Shown here piece after piece: positions 14,851 through 27,420 of a DNA stretch of 64,000 nucleotides. The notes under the pieces are model-generated. The model was given only the letters and a program-made list of their open reading frames with translations, ran no database searches and was not told the origin of the DNA. The position numbers and the translations under genes are program-made. Numbering within the stretch: the first letter of the stretch is position 1; each line of letters starts with the position of its first letter. Origin of the DNA: the human T2T-CHM13v2.0 reference genome, Homo sapiens; the NCBI GenBank assembly GCA_009914755.4, contig CP068257.2, forward strand, positions 13,536,001 to 13,600,000, read 5' to 3'.

Positions 14851-16827
14851 GTGGATTTTTTAGTTCAATTAACTAACCGAGAATTCCAAGTCTAAGCGTT
14901 CTTGTCAGGGCTCACTCTTTCTATGTCTTAGATCCACATGACTTTGTTTCTTTTTAAGAATTGACTGAAGCTTCTCACCAGGTGCATTGGCAGGAAAGGT
15001 TGTCAAAGCTCATACCCTACAGAACATGATCCAAAAGAAAGAGAGAACAGTTTTACTCCCAGTTCCAATATATGGAATTGCATGAGTGCAATTGTCTAAT
15101 TGTCACTGCTAGGGTTGTGCATGTGCTCTGTAAACCATGTGAATTAGAGAAGGGTATTCCACGATTAATCAAGCCACACAATGTTTCCCTATTGGGTAGA
15201 GACAAGTCATGATTGGCACTCTCACCACAACCACGTAGAAAGAGGAGAAATATTCCCCCAGTGGCAAGAGAAAAGCTATATTTAAAACCAGTTTTGGAAG
15301 AGGGCATTGCATTGGGTCTCCTTTAAACTGCTACTGGCTGAGTTTATGAGGTTCCACTGAGAGACATAGTCCATCCAGTTTGTATGTGGCCTTTATCAGG
15401 CATGCGGGAGAGCACAAAAGACTCACAACAAACCTTTGACCTCATGTCCATAGGTTTGGACTGGGTTTGGAGAGTTCACCTGCAGACTAGCTTGATAAAA
15501 AGTGCTGTCACAGATGTAAATTGGAATGTCAGGAATAGCTTTATTGACTTTTGTGCCAGAGCATAGGATCTGAAAAGTCATTTGTTCTGCAATCTTTTAG
15601 AAAGACAGAGGCCATGCAATATGATCTTCTTCTACTGTGATATTACTGGAAAAAGGACTGGACATTTGTGCTGGCTCCATTTTCTGCTGATATATAGTTG
15701 TGACCCAGGACAATTTATTTAACCTCTTTGGAACTTGGTTTTCTAATGTATTAAGGGAGGTGGTTATGCCAGTTGATCTCCAACATCTTTGATCATTCAG
15801 CCCTGAATTTCTAAGGTTTTATTTTTTTCATTGGTTTTCATCTGACACATAGGCTGGAAAAGATGAGACTATGGTAAGAGGCAGGTAAAAGTCATTGTAC
15901 TAGACAACTTGAAAAGGATATCTAAAAGATAATAAAAAGACAACTGGTTATTTTTATTTGTTTTAATTTCCCTAAAAAAGATATCAACTCCAATTACCAA
16001 TCTTTGTTTTTAAATTTTAAAAATCACTTATTTTAAGGAATATTTAAGAAGGAACTTGTAGTGTCCAGTGAAGCAACTTCAAAAAGAAATTAGAAAAAGA
16101 GACTTGAGATAACTAGCAAAAGCAATGAGTAGATCTTGTTTTGACCCTAGCTTGAACAAAACAATTATAAAATACATGTTCTGTACAAGGGAGAACTTAA
16201 ATATGACTTGCCTATGATATGGTACTAAGGAATTATGATTTTCTTAGATGTGACAACAATAATATTGCTATTATGGCAAATTGTGGGAAATAGTTATTAC
16301 TTTACAGTGATGCATACTTAAATATTTAGGGTTATATGTCATGATATCTGTGATTCACTTTCAAATACTTGAGCAAAATAAAATATATATAAATCGAATG
16401 CGGCAAAATGTCAGCAAAAAAAAAACCTAGGTGAAAGTTCAATGGTTATTTCGTATACTATTCTCACCGTGTTTCTGTAAGCTTGAAAGTTTCCAAAAAA
16501 ATTAAAGAAAACTGATTGTCCTTTAAAGTTTCAAGCTGTGCTTACCTTACATATTTATTTCAAATACAGTTCTAGTTTTTAGTTTTCCCAGGTGAAACTG
16601 GACTTAAGTGTCTTTAAGACAGTTAAAATATGATACCTGGATTTTCAACTTCAGGATGTGAGTTATAAGGTAGTAAAGGGACAGCCTATTTCCTATGCAA
16701 AAATGACCTTAAATAGAATCTTTAATATTCAGTATGTCCCTCCCTGCCCTCAACCACGCACACACATAGAACCTTGACTCTTTATAGCTTTTGCTAATTG
16801 TGTTAATGAGCCCAGATGAGGCTGAAT

Positions 16828-17025
16828 AATGTAGTGGTTAGAAATTCTAGCTCTGAAACCGGTTACCTGGGTTGGGATCCTTATGTTAACACCTTATGTT
16901 TCAGTTTTCCCAGCTGTAAAATGGGGGAAAATGTTATCACCCATATGATGGGGGCCTTTTGAGGATTAGACATATTATGCACTTAGCACAGTTTCTGGCA
17001 CTTCGTAATTGTTAATTATTATTTA
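16828..17025 (+). mobile_element. MIR SINE (near full length)
   Basis: 'aatgtagtggttagaaattctagctctgaaaccggttacctgggttgggatcc...cagttttcccagctgtaaaatgggggaaaatg...gaggattagacatattatgcacttagcacagtttctggcacttcgtaattg' tracks the MIR consensus from the 5' tRNA-like part to the 3' end. Confidence 0.65.
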
Positions 17026-20000
17026 TACATTTTGCTGTGGGGAATCCAGATAAGGTTTGAGTTGACGTCAATGTTCAGGGACAGAAATACTTTTGCTTTT
17101 CAGGTGATAAAATTGGTTCAAGAGATGCATTCTGCCCTAGTGACTAGTGCTGAGACAGAGATTTTTAAAAACTGGAAGGGCAGCATGGCACTGTGGAGTC
17201 TCTTTGATTGTAGTAATTTCCCTTACCAAGTGACTTAGTCAAAGTCTTCTCAGAATGCTAGAAAACTAACATCTGAGAAAATAAATTTCTCAAGACTCTC
17301 TAAAAATAACATCTCCCCAACAACTACAGGCTGGAATTATATTTGATAGATGCTTCATTGTACTTGGCAGGCATACTAAAGTGATGTTGTGGTGGTTATT
17401 ACAAAATTTGCTGCAATCATTTATAACCAAGTAAGACTCCTTCATTAGGTTACGTGTCTATTATAAGTGCTTATTGAAAACCCAGGATTTGGTTTCTTTG
17501 TAACATGTAAGTTTCCCGTTTATCTATGACCTTTTACATTTAAGTATTGCCCAAGCACATGAAAAAAAGGAATTTGTTTCAATGGAGATACACAAATATC
17601 CTTATTCTTCCTGGACCTTATTATGAAAATTCAATGCTACTCAAGTTTCTCTAATAAAACTTTAGAGAAACTGCCAAAGACTTGGGTTTTATTTTGTTGT
17701 CAGTCTTTATTTAATAATGGCATCTGTATTTTACCCAAAGTAAATCTTTTCCTTCTTAGAAAGGTAAGCAGCGGATGACTTCTCTATTGAAGACTCCTCT
17801 TTGGGGCCCTGGTAGCCATTTGCCAGGCCAAATATGATTCTTCACACATCAAAAGAGCCATTTAAAATAATTTATGTAAATGAAATTGTTGCATTGCTAG
17901 AATCTGAGTAAAGAAATCCTTTGGTGCCTTGGAGCAACTGCAAGAAGCTAACATCAAAATCAGTCCTTCAAATTCTTTTTTCAAGGAGAAACCAGGTAAA
18001 AGAGACTATATGATTTAGACTTGTGTGTGTTATTCCTCTGAATTCAATTTAAATTGGGGAAATCTGGCCTTCGTGGGGAGCTGTTGGTATCCTGTTGGAA
18101 ATGAGGTCATCTCTGTTCTGATCTTCCACTCTCTGCAAAAGAATCTACTGTAGTGGGGCACAAAATAGAAGCTGTTCAGGAAGGCTGAGTGAGGGAAGAA
18201 GTGGACTCTAGGCTCCCTTTCATCCCAGAAAGTCAGTATCTGTTTGGGGTACAAGTGACAGGCCTTCAAATATGTGTCACATAGCCTTGCTAAGGACGAA
18301 ATAAAGGTCTCAGTTCCATCTCCAAAATTGTCAACTTGGACTTTTTAAAAATATAAACAGCACTAGATTAAGTGAATATATGCACTGGAGCTTCTTGGTA
18401 AGTGAAAATTATTTTGAAAATATGATTAGTAATTTTTTTATTTTATTATTTATTATTTTATTTGCCATTTTCAAATATCACTATCACTCTTTCCTAACCA
18501 TTTTTAAGTTTTTAACCTTCTGCCCAAGTTTTAACATTAAGAACACCCAAGTCACAAAAGTGTCTCTCCAGCACTGTGCTGACTAGGTGGACACTGATTT
18601 ACCCACTTCTCAAATTTTTGGGTATTTACAGCTGCTTGTAATATCATCATTTTGAACCATCGCTCCATACAATATCTACATACTTACAAACAAACAGAAA
18701 GAAACAATACCTCTAAGCTTACATACTACAAAAAAAACAGTATTATTAGCAGATTATAAATTTTTGCTCTTTTCTTAACTTCCTTAGGCTCATTTGTTCT
18801 TATTGAATGTTTTACTAATTGTCGACCCTCTCCCCCAACTCTGGCCCCAGCTGGCTACTGAACAAATTTGCAAACCTGATGAAAATATGAAACAGCCTTA
18901 GTTCCAAGTTAGCCCTTAAGTGCAGCTATCTGTCCCTGTAAGGTCACGTTCTCTCAAGCATTTGGTGAGCAGTGTAAGTGCCCTACAAGGAGTGCGACTG
19001 CTTGCTACACTCTCCAGTGGTGAAGCAGGCAAATTTGGACACAGCAGCTGTCTGCTCCTGAAGACAGCTGGAAATAACCATGTGTGATAGGATCAGCTAT
19101 GTGAGGCAGGGTAGCACTGTTGTCTGTAAACAGCATGCTATCTCTGAGACTCCAAGACAGTGACACAAGCAGCACCAGGCTCAACCTGCCCTCAGAATAG
19201 CAGGGGAGGCGCTTTACATCCAGCCTTGCATAAGTTGAATCCGAATCACAGGATTTTAGGACTGAAAAGTGCCTTGGAGACCATGTCACAGCCCTCTATT
19301 TTCACAGATTAGAAAGGAAACAAAAACAAGAATCTGAGACCGCAGAGGTATAGTGACTTGTGATATTTGTAATTGTCATTTTGCATACATGCATAGACCC
19401 ATCAGGGATCCAAGCAGATGCATGTGTCATTCTGTCGTGCTTAAGCTGGTTCATTTGTTTCCTTTCAAATGGTTAATTATGCACATCAACAAAATTTCAT
19501 AAGATTTAGCCTTAGATATAAGAGTAAATATTTTGTTCTGCCCTCAATTCAAATATGCCCTCAGGAGAGCGACATCAACAGTCATGTGGTTACTGTATGG
19601 CAGGCTTTGTCTGGAACCAAGCACTGAAACTACAAAGACAAATGTCAGGATGACTTAGAGGCATTCACAGACTAGTCTGGGAAACAGATATATGAACAAA
19701 TAATTAAGAGATATTACACAAGTGTCATATGGGAGATTTATGTAAAGTGAAATATTAGCCTATGAAAAAGTCACCACCTAGGAAATAGGGAGAAAATTGA
19801 GTAAGGCCACAGCAGAAAACCACTGATTTAAGTCTTCTCTATAGTAACACTTGAATCCTGGAGAAGGGCGTGAGAAAGATGAAGGAGTCAGTGCAGAGGG
19901 AAAATTTCAGGCAAGAAGGAAGAGGGTTTTATTTATTGTAAATTGACTTTGAAGAGCCACCATTTTTTTTCTCTGTCTGATTCTTCTACTATCTGCTGTA

Positions 20001-20867
20001 GCTAAAATTTGCATAAAGAAACTGTGCGATAAGGGTCTCTTTTGAAGCCGTGTGCATGGACTTCATGATTGCATTTTTCCTTCATTCTTACAGACTCTTA
20101 TATTCTGGTTTGTACTTTTGTTTGGCTTGATTGAGATTGTCAGAAATATGATTCTAAGACAGATAAGAGGCATTCTAGATTATAAGTGACCAAATGAGGA
20201 ATAGCTGGTGGTAATTCTTAAACCAGGAGGGACGTTGGGAGATTGGAAAGTCATAACAACAATCCAGGGAAGAAAAGCTTTCACTATGACCTCAGATTGA
20301 AAGTCAACAAAGAAACAAGACACTCACGAAAAATACAGCAGGAAGAAATAAAGGATGCAGTTTCAAAGTGCAAGTTTATTAGGAGTCAAAGACAATAAGT
20401 TGTCATCATTTGCCTACAAATTGACTGGGCTTTAAAAAATAAGAGGGTAAAGGAAAATAGGCACTTCTGTTCATTGCTGATGGGAGTAAAACTTGGTAGT
20501 TTTAAAATTACCATCCTGGAAGGTAATTTTTCTCCCTCACTCTCTAAATATAAGTATGTACATATTACATATATGAAGATATTATATAATATATGTAAAT
20601 AATACATGTTATAAATATATATATATTTTACCGTATTCCATTTAAATTTTATACATCCACAGATCCTCATCCCAAGAAGGTAATATGTATGTGCCTAGGT
20701 TATGATACAAAGGTGTTCATGGCAGAGATGCTTATTAAACAGAAAAAAAAGAAAGAAACCTGAATATTTGATAATAGAATACACATCACATGTATTATAT
20801 GTCCATAAAATGGAATACTATATAGCTATTAAAAATACTGTTCTTTTAAAATTCACAAAGATTAAAA

Positions 20868-20945
20868 TAGTAGACATAAAGTACTTAGAACAGTGCCTGG
20901 TACCTAATAAGTGCTCAATCAGTGTTAACTTTATTATTATTATTA
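20868..20945 (+). mobile_element. MIR 3' fragment
   Basis: 'aaagtacttagaacagtgcctggtacctaataagtgctcaatcagtgttaactttattattatt'. Confidence 0.55.
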
Positions 20946-21087
20946 GCATATTTTAAAACATGGGGAGATATTTCCATATGTAAAGTAAAAAAAGTTACAA
21001 AATAGTATATAAATTATGATACCAATTATGTGTGTATGTCTATATATATATATGCATGTGAACTTAGGAAAAAGATGGAGGGCATAT

Positions 21088-21510
21088 TAGTTTGCTAGGG
21101 CTGCCATAACAGTACCCTAGTCTCGGTGGCTTAAATAACATAAATTTATTATTTCAAAATTCTGGAAGCTAAGAGTCCAAAATCAAGATGTAGCAGGCTG
21201 GATTCCTCTGAGGACTGTGAGCAACGATCCCGTTCCAGGCCTCTCTCCTTGCTTGCAGACGGCTATCTTCTCCCTACATCTTCTCATTTTCTTCCCTCTC
21301 TGGGTATCTATGTCCAAATTCCTCCCCCTCGCTTTTTTTTAATAAGGATTTCAGCCATACTGGATTAGGGCCAACTGTAAAAACTTCACTTTAACTTGAC
21401 TATCTCTGTAAAGACCCTATCTCCAAATAAGGTCACATTCTGAGGTATGGGGGATTAGGACGTCAATATTTGAATTTTGGGAGAGATACAATTAAATCCA
21501 TAAGAGACAG
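21088..21510. mobile_element. MLT1-type MaLR LTR
   Basis: 'tattagtttgctagggctgccataacagtaccctagtctcggtggcttaaataacataaatttattatttcaaaattctggaagctaagagtccaaaatcaagatgtagcaggctg...ctatctccaaataaggtcacattctgaggtatgggggattaggacgtcaatatttgaattttggg' closely follows the MLT1 consensus. Confidence 0.7.
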
Positions 21511-21626
21511 TATGTATATCAGTAATTTTTGAGTTATGGATGGCATTTATTTTATTCTTTTTCCTTATCTGTTATTTTTTTGCAATGGACTCTTGGAACT
21601 AATACAATTTTAAAAAGTTATTTTTT

Positions 21627-21943
<317 letters not shown>

Positions 21944-23634
21944 TCAGAAAGCCAGATACCCTTTTAATAACTTGACTAAAAATACTTCTAATTCCTTCCA
22001 TATTTCTCTATTCATCTTTAATATTACCTCATTTTACTGTTTAAGACTAAGCATAGAACTTAGAACATTTAACATTCCCTGTAGAAAGGAAAAGTTTGGA
22101 TACTGAAACTCTGAATATTCAGATTATATATGCAATATGTATTGCATGTGCTTTAGAGGTCAAGATTATTTTCTTCTGGAGTTTCTGTTTCTTCGTGGAT
22201 TCCTAAACTGTGTTAAGATAAAGCAGAATGATTACATAGCTTACAAGTATTGTCATTTTGGAGGGATGCTTACTTTCCTGCCAGTTTCTGAGCTTGTCAA
22301 ATCTAAAGTCAGTACTGTACATTTTTCCTGAATACTACATCACTTTTAAATAGGAATCCTGCATGTTGAAAAATATGTATCAGAGGTAAAACATGTTTTA
22401 TATAATAGATAGACTTTTAAGTAATCAGTCATTATTATAGAAATCAGAGTAAACTGAAATGCGATAGGATAACTTTTACTTTGGTAACAAAAAGAATGAA
22501 CTTGTAAAGCAATAAAGTAACAATTAATTTGCATATCTTTTAAAACTTCATTACTGAATTTGACTTTCCCGAAGCTAAGGATGTGCCTTGCTTTTCATTG
22601 TAAAATGGCTGGAATTAGGATATGCTACACAAAGATGAAAGTGTATGTAAGGAAAGCTTATACTCAAAAACTGTTTTCAATCTATTATTTGAAAGTGCTG
22701 GTCATCTGACCTTATGCTTCACAGCTCATTCATGGGTCGACGTTCAGTGAAATCAATTCATTGTCTGCAATTAACATACATCATTCTCATATTATTAGGT
22801 GGCTTGTATGGCTAATGCTTTTCCAACTCTAATTATTGATTTGGTTTCATAAAATAAATCAGATACAAAATACCAGCTTCTTTACTAGTATTCCTGGTGA
22901 TGCTACCGAATTGCAAAAATAAATTACTGAAGAAGGTTTTGTGGCTGGCACCTTAGAGGGAGAGAAGATTGTTACTCATTATGTTAAGTACTGTCTTATA
23001 TCATCATGTAAATAACTTTAGTGATTGCTTGGAAAGAAAACTATTCCAAAGAGAAAATTAATATATCTGATTTGTTTATTTATTCATCTAATTTAGGGCT
23101 GAAAGATTTTTGGACTGATACAAGATAAGAAAATATGTCACTAAAATTTATCAGTGCACACAGCGAGGGACCTTACCCTATAAATATAGATTTAAATAGT
23201 TGCATGCTTGGTTTTCTCTGATAAGTTAAATCAGATAAGATGTTTAATATATAATTCTCCATTGTATGTTAGAAGAATTCTACCCATCTCTCTGTTTCTG
23301 TCAGTTGTAGGTTGGATGGGAAATTAAAAGTTAATTTTGTCTTTGTCCTTTTGTCTTTTTCTTATCAGCAGTGCCTGGGAGGCATGGTAAATAAAGTGTG
23401 CTCAAAGTGACCTTCAGTTAACTCATATCGTCTTGACACAAGTAAGCCAGGCTCTACCCTTGTAATCTTCATTGTCAGCTACATGAAGAGGAGCTTCTTT
23501 CAGTAGGAAGTGCGCATCATCCAAAAATATATAGGTATTTTATTCATTTCATGTGATTGTTTAAAGGAGACTGCAAGAGTAGAGAATCAATAGAGAAGGC
23601 AATGCGTGAAGGAGAAAAAATTACAGGCCAAACT

Positions 23635-23745
23635 GCTGCCACGCAGAGGGTGAAGTAATTTACCCAAGGTTAGTAGCAGAACTTCCATTTAGGGACACAG
23701 TCAAAATTAGAACCCGTGGGTCCTAGCTTTAGGTGCAGAATGCCT
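23635..23745 (-). mobile_element. MIR fragment
   Basis: 'gaagtaatttacccaaggttagtagcagaacttccatttagggacacagtcaaaattagaacccgtgggtcctag' is the reverse complement of the MIR core 'ctagctgtgtgaccttgggcaagttacttaacc'. Confidence 0.55.
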
Positions 23746-25077
23746 TCCTCTTCTCCATCCTGCCTGAGGCTGTGGAAAGGCAAACGAGCTGCCCTTCTCA
23801 TATGGGGTTAGATGACTGGTTAGGCACTGCACAGCCACATGTCTGCGTGGCATGTTGTTTCTTTACCTCTGCCCTATTCACATTTCTGTCTCTCTCTACC
23901 GAAGTCAGAAGTTGAAACTTCTAGTTGTAAGGACACAAAGTGGCTCCATGTCAACTTTCCCCCGTAAATTATTTTTATGGGCATACCAACCAAGGGCATA
24001 TCTCAAACGCATGATTGCTTTTGGCATCGTACCAATGCTTCTCCCCCCACCCCTGTTTTATGGATAAAAAAGGCCTTTTCTGGTTATTCTTCTCAGATGG
24101 GGCCCTTGAAACTTCTGTAATGCATAATGTTAATAAATCAACTAGCAAAGGAAAAAAAATAAGTCGCCTGATAAAAGTAGGCATTTGAGAGTTCAGGCTC
24201 CTGAAATCTATACCCATTTCTTAGTTATATGGAACACATGACTTCAGGCTATTCCTGTATCCCTTTTCACTCCTCAGTAAAAAGCTGATTTTAGATGAGT
24301 GTTCTGATTAGAAGTTGCTGCATTAAGAATGTTAGAACTACAGGTCTCCTGCATCTACGGCCGAATAGATAGGTGGGGCTGCTAATGACGTTGAGTGTTC
24401 CACGAAGAGTGATATGTAAAGATCTTCACTTGGATGTACTGAGTGACCACTGTGTGTTCAGTAACCACAGGGCAGGATATCTGAATTCTGCAAAGGACAC
24501 AGCGCTGCAGTGTGTGCCCTTGAGAGTCTCCTTTACAAACACGCCAGAGCAGAGATAGTGACCTCATGCTTCCCAGAGAACATCTTCGCTGGGCTGTCCT
24601 GAGGTCACCTCACACTCAACACACCCAAAATAGAAACACAATCCTCCTCACACTTGTGTGGGGCCACATCATTCCCCCATTTGCTAGAACTAGCAATCGC
24701 ATTTTTATGCCAATGACAAATTGGTTCTGTGTCTGTACAGTCTCCTATAGCTACACCTTCCATGGCTCTCCTGCCACCACTACCTTGATGCAGGCTTGTC
24801 ATTACCCTTCACTGCCACTCTTGCCATGACTTTCCTGATGGGCTCTGAAACTGCAGATTCTCCCTCGCCAGTCCATCTTCTGTGCTGCTAATGGGACTGC
24901 TTACTAAAACACCTGCTCAGGCCCACCACCTTACCCAAAACCTACAATTGTTCCTTGCTGCCTACAGAATAAATTCCAAAATGGTAAGCCTTGGAGGCAA
25001 AGCCCTTTCATAACCTGGGCCAAGCATTCCTTCTTCAGGCTTATTTGGGAATAAATAATTGCTATGGTCTGAAGGTC

Positions 25078-25420
25078 TGTGTCTCCCCCAAATTCATATG
25101 TTGGAAACCCTAATACCCAATGTGATAGTATTAAGAAGTGGTGCCTTTGGGAAGTGATAAAGTCACAAGTACTCCACCTTTGTTAATAGAATTACTGCAC
25201 TTATAAGAGGCTCCTTGGAGCTCCCTTGCCCTTTCTACCCTGTGAGCATGCAGAAAGAAGGTACCATCTTTGAAGCAGAGAGCAAGTCCTCACCAGATAC
25301 CGAATCTGCTGGTGTCTCGACCTTGGACTCCCCAGCCTTCAGAACAGTCAGCAATACATTTCCATTATTTATAAATTACCCAGTCTAAGGTTCTTTGTTA
25401 TAGCTGTCTGAAATGATGAG
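25078..25420 (+). mobile_element. MLT1-type MaLR LTR
   Basis: 'tgtgtctcccccaaattcatatgttggaaaccctaatacccaatgtgatagtattaagaagtggtgcctttgggaagtgataa...accgaatctgctggtgtctcgaccttggactccccagccttcagaacagtcagcaata...ataaattacccagtctaaggttctttgttatagctg'. Confidence 0.7.
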
Positions 25421-26379
25421 GTTAATAATTAATGAAATAAATCAGTTTCCTCCAGATATACTCTATGGTCTTCAGCCTGTACCTCTCTTCTCATACTATC
25501 CCCCCAGTTTGAACCACCGTTAAAGGGCCTACCAAACTGTTGTATTCTTCCTATGGATACAAAGCAGGTGTCAACATTTAGGTTGTCTTGGGCCAATTGA
25601 AGATGAAAACCTAGTATTCACATCTACAATCAAGTTGTATAAACATGTAAAAATGAGATACTATATACATATGAGAGTAATTGGCTAGATATCAACCAGG
25701 CAAGACTGCCCTAAATTGTGATATATTTTGAGAACAGAATCAACTGTAAGTATGATCCATGCCTCATTGCATTACAGGGAGAACCTCAAAAAATTATATT
25801 ACTGCAACCTGGGATGAGAGGTAAGGGAGGTGGAAAGTCGGTAGAGATGGTAAATTGGTGGTGAACTTTATTTTACAATTAACCTACGGGGATGATTATT
25901 AAATAATAGTATGCTTTGGTACTCAGAAGTCAAACCATTGGATAGGACAATGAGATTTAGAGAGAAAACTAAAATTTCCATGCTCTTATCCTTTGTGTTG
26001 TTTCTTCCAAATATATTTATCAAAACACATTTTAAGAGGGGTGGGAAACGCCAGTTACACAAGAAAAGCTATCCTCTGCCCGACTGAAGAAATTGTTCAA
26101 ACAGAGTGCATTCTTTCATAAGCAATGCTTCCTAATGTAGCCAGGGTCAGCAAGGGCTTAGGTTATTAGTTATGTAATCCCTCGTTCCTCAAACTGCAGT
26201 TTTGATTTGAATACACAGTTTCAATTAGTTACTTCAGTTTTTGTCTTGCAGCGTATTTCATTTTTAGAATCAAGAGAAGCTCAGATAATCCCTGAGTTCA
26301 CAAATAACACATCTGACCCCCGAGAGGTACCTTTAGCACAGCTTTGAGCCCTGTGCTCTTTCTGTGACACCACTTATAG

Positions 26380-26820
26380 ATTGAACTGTGTTCCCCAAAA
26401 AGGTATGTTGAAATCCTAGTCCCTGTAATCCCTGGTATCTGAGAATATGATCTTATCTGGAAATGGGGTCTTTGCAGACATAAGATATAAGTTAAGATTA
26501 GGTCATACTGCAGTTGGGTGTGTCCTTAATTCAATCTAATGTATACCCTTCAAAGAAGAAAAAAGACACAGAGAGGAACACACATGGAGAACTCTGTGTG
26601 ATGACACAGGAAAACTAAGCAACACCACATACTGATGGCCCCAACCAGAAACTAGGAGGAGGCAAGGAAGGATGCTACCCAGGGTCTCAGAGGGAGCGGG
26701 GTACTCTCAACAATTTGATTTTGAACTTCTAGCCTCCAGACTGTGCAAAAATACACTTCTGTTTTAAATTACCTGGTTTGTGGTACTTTGTTACAGCAGC
26801 CCTAGTAAACAAATACACCA
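26380..26820 (+). mobile_element. MLT1-type MaLR LTR (divergent subfamily)
   Basis: 'attgaactgtgttccccaaaaaggtatgttgaaatcctagtccctgtaatccc...gaacttctagcctccagactgtgcaaaaatacacttctgttttaaattacctggtttgtggtactttgttacagcagccctagtaaacaaatacacc'. Confidence 0.65.
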
Positions 26821-27214
26821 CGTTACCCGTTTGGATTGCCCATTTTTGTCTTTATCATGTTCTCTCGGGGAATCTCTAAACAAAATGACTTGAGTATCAT
26901 CTGGGTGCCAGATGCTGTCTTTACACTTGGCGAAGTTGTTGAGGTCCTGGCTCTACATACTAGTTCTTATGTCCATCTGCTTTGATCTGGAGGTCATTAT
27001 TATCTACAATGTCACATCAAATCTTCTGTCTACCTAGAGGTTTAGTTAAGAGGACTTCAAATTCTGGTTCCTTGATGTAGCCACAGCCACAGAATGTCAT
27101 AGCAGTACATGTTGGATGTACCTCTCCAGGTTGCTATGAATATAATGACATGAAAATCATTGTAAAATTATAATATCATTGGCTAATATGTATTTAATAT
27201 GAATTATGTGTCTA

Positions 27215-27420
27215 GGACTGGGCAGATGCTTTACATATGTTGTCTCACTCAGCAGTCACAAAGGGCTCTGAAGTGGGTGCTATTATCACCTATGCCCATT
27301 TTACAGATAATAAAAACTGAGGCACAAAGAAGCTAAGTAACTTGCCTGGGACCCTATGGCAAGACAGTGACACAGTTGGGATTGCAAAGCTACAGTCAAC
27401 AACTCCACAGTCCATGGATT
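27215..27420 (-). mobile_element. MIR SINE
   Basis: 'gctttacatatgttgtctcactcagcagtcacaaagggctctgaagtgggtgctattatcacctatgcccattttacagataataaaaactgaggcacaaagaagctaagtaacttgcctgggaccc' is the reverse complement of the MIR consensus. Confidence 0.65.
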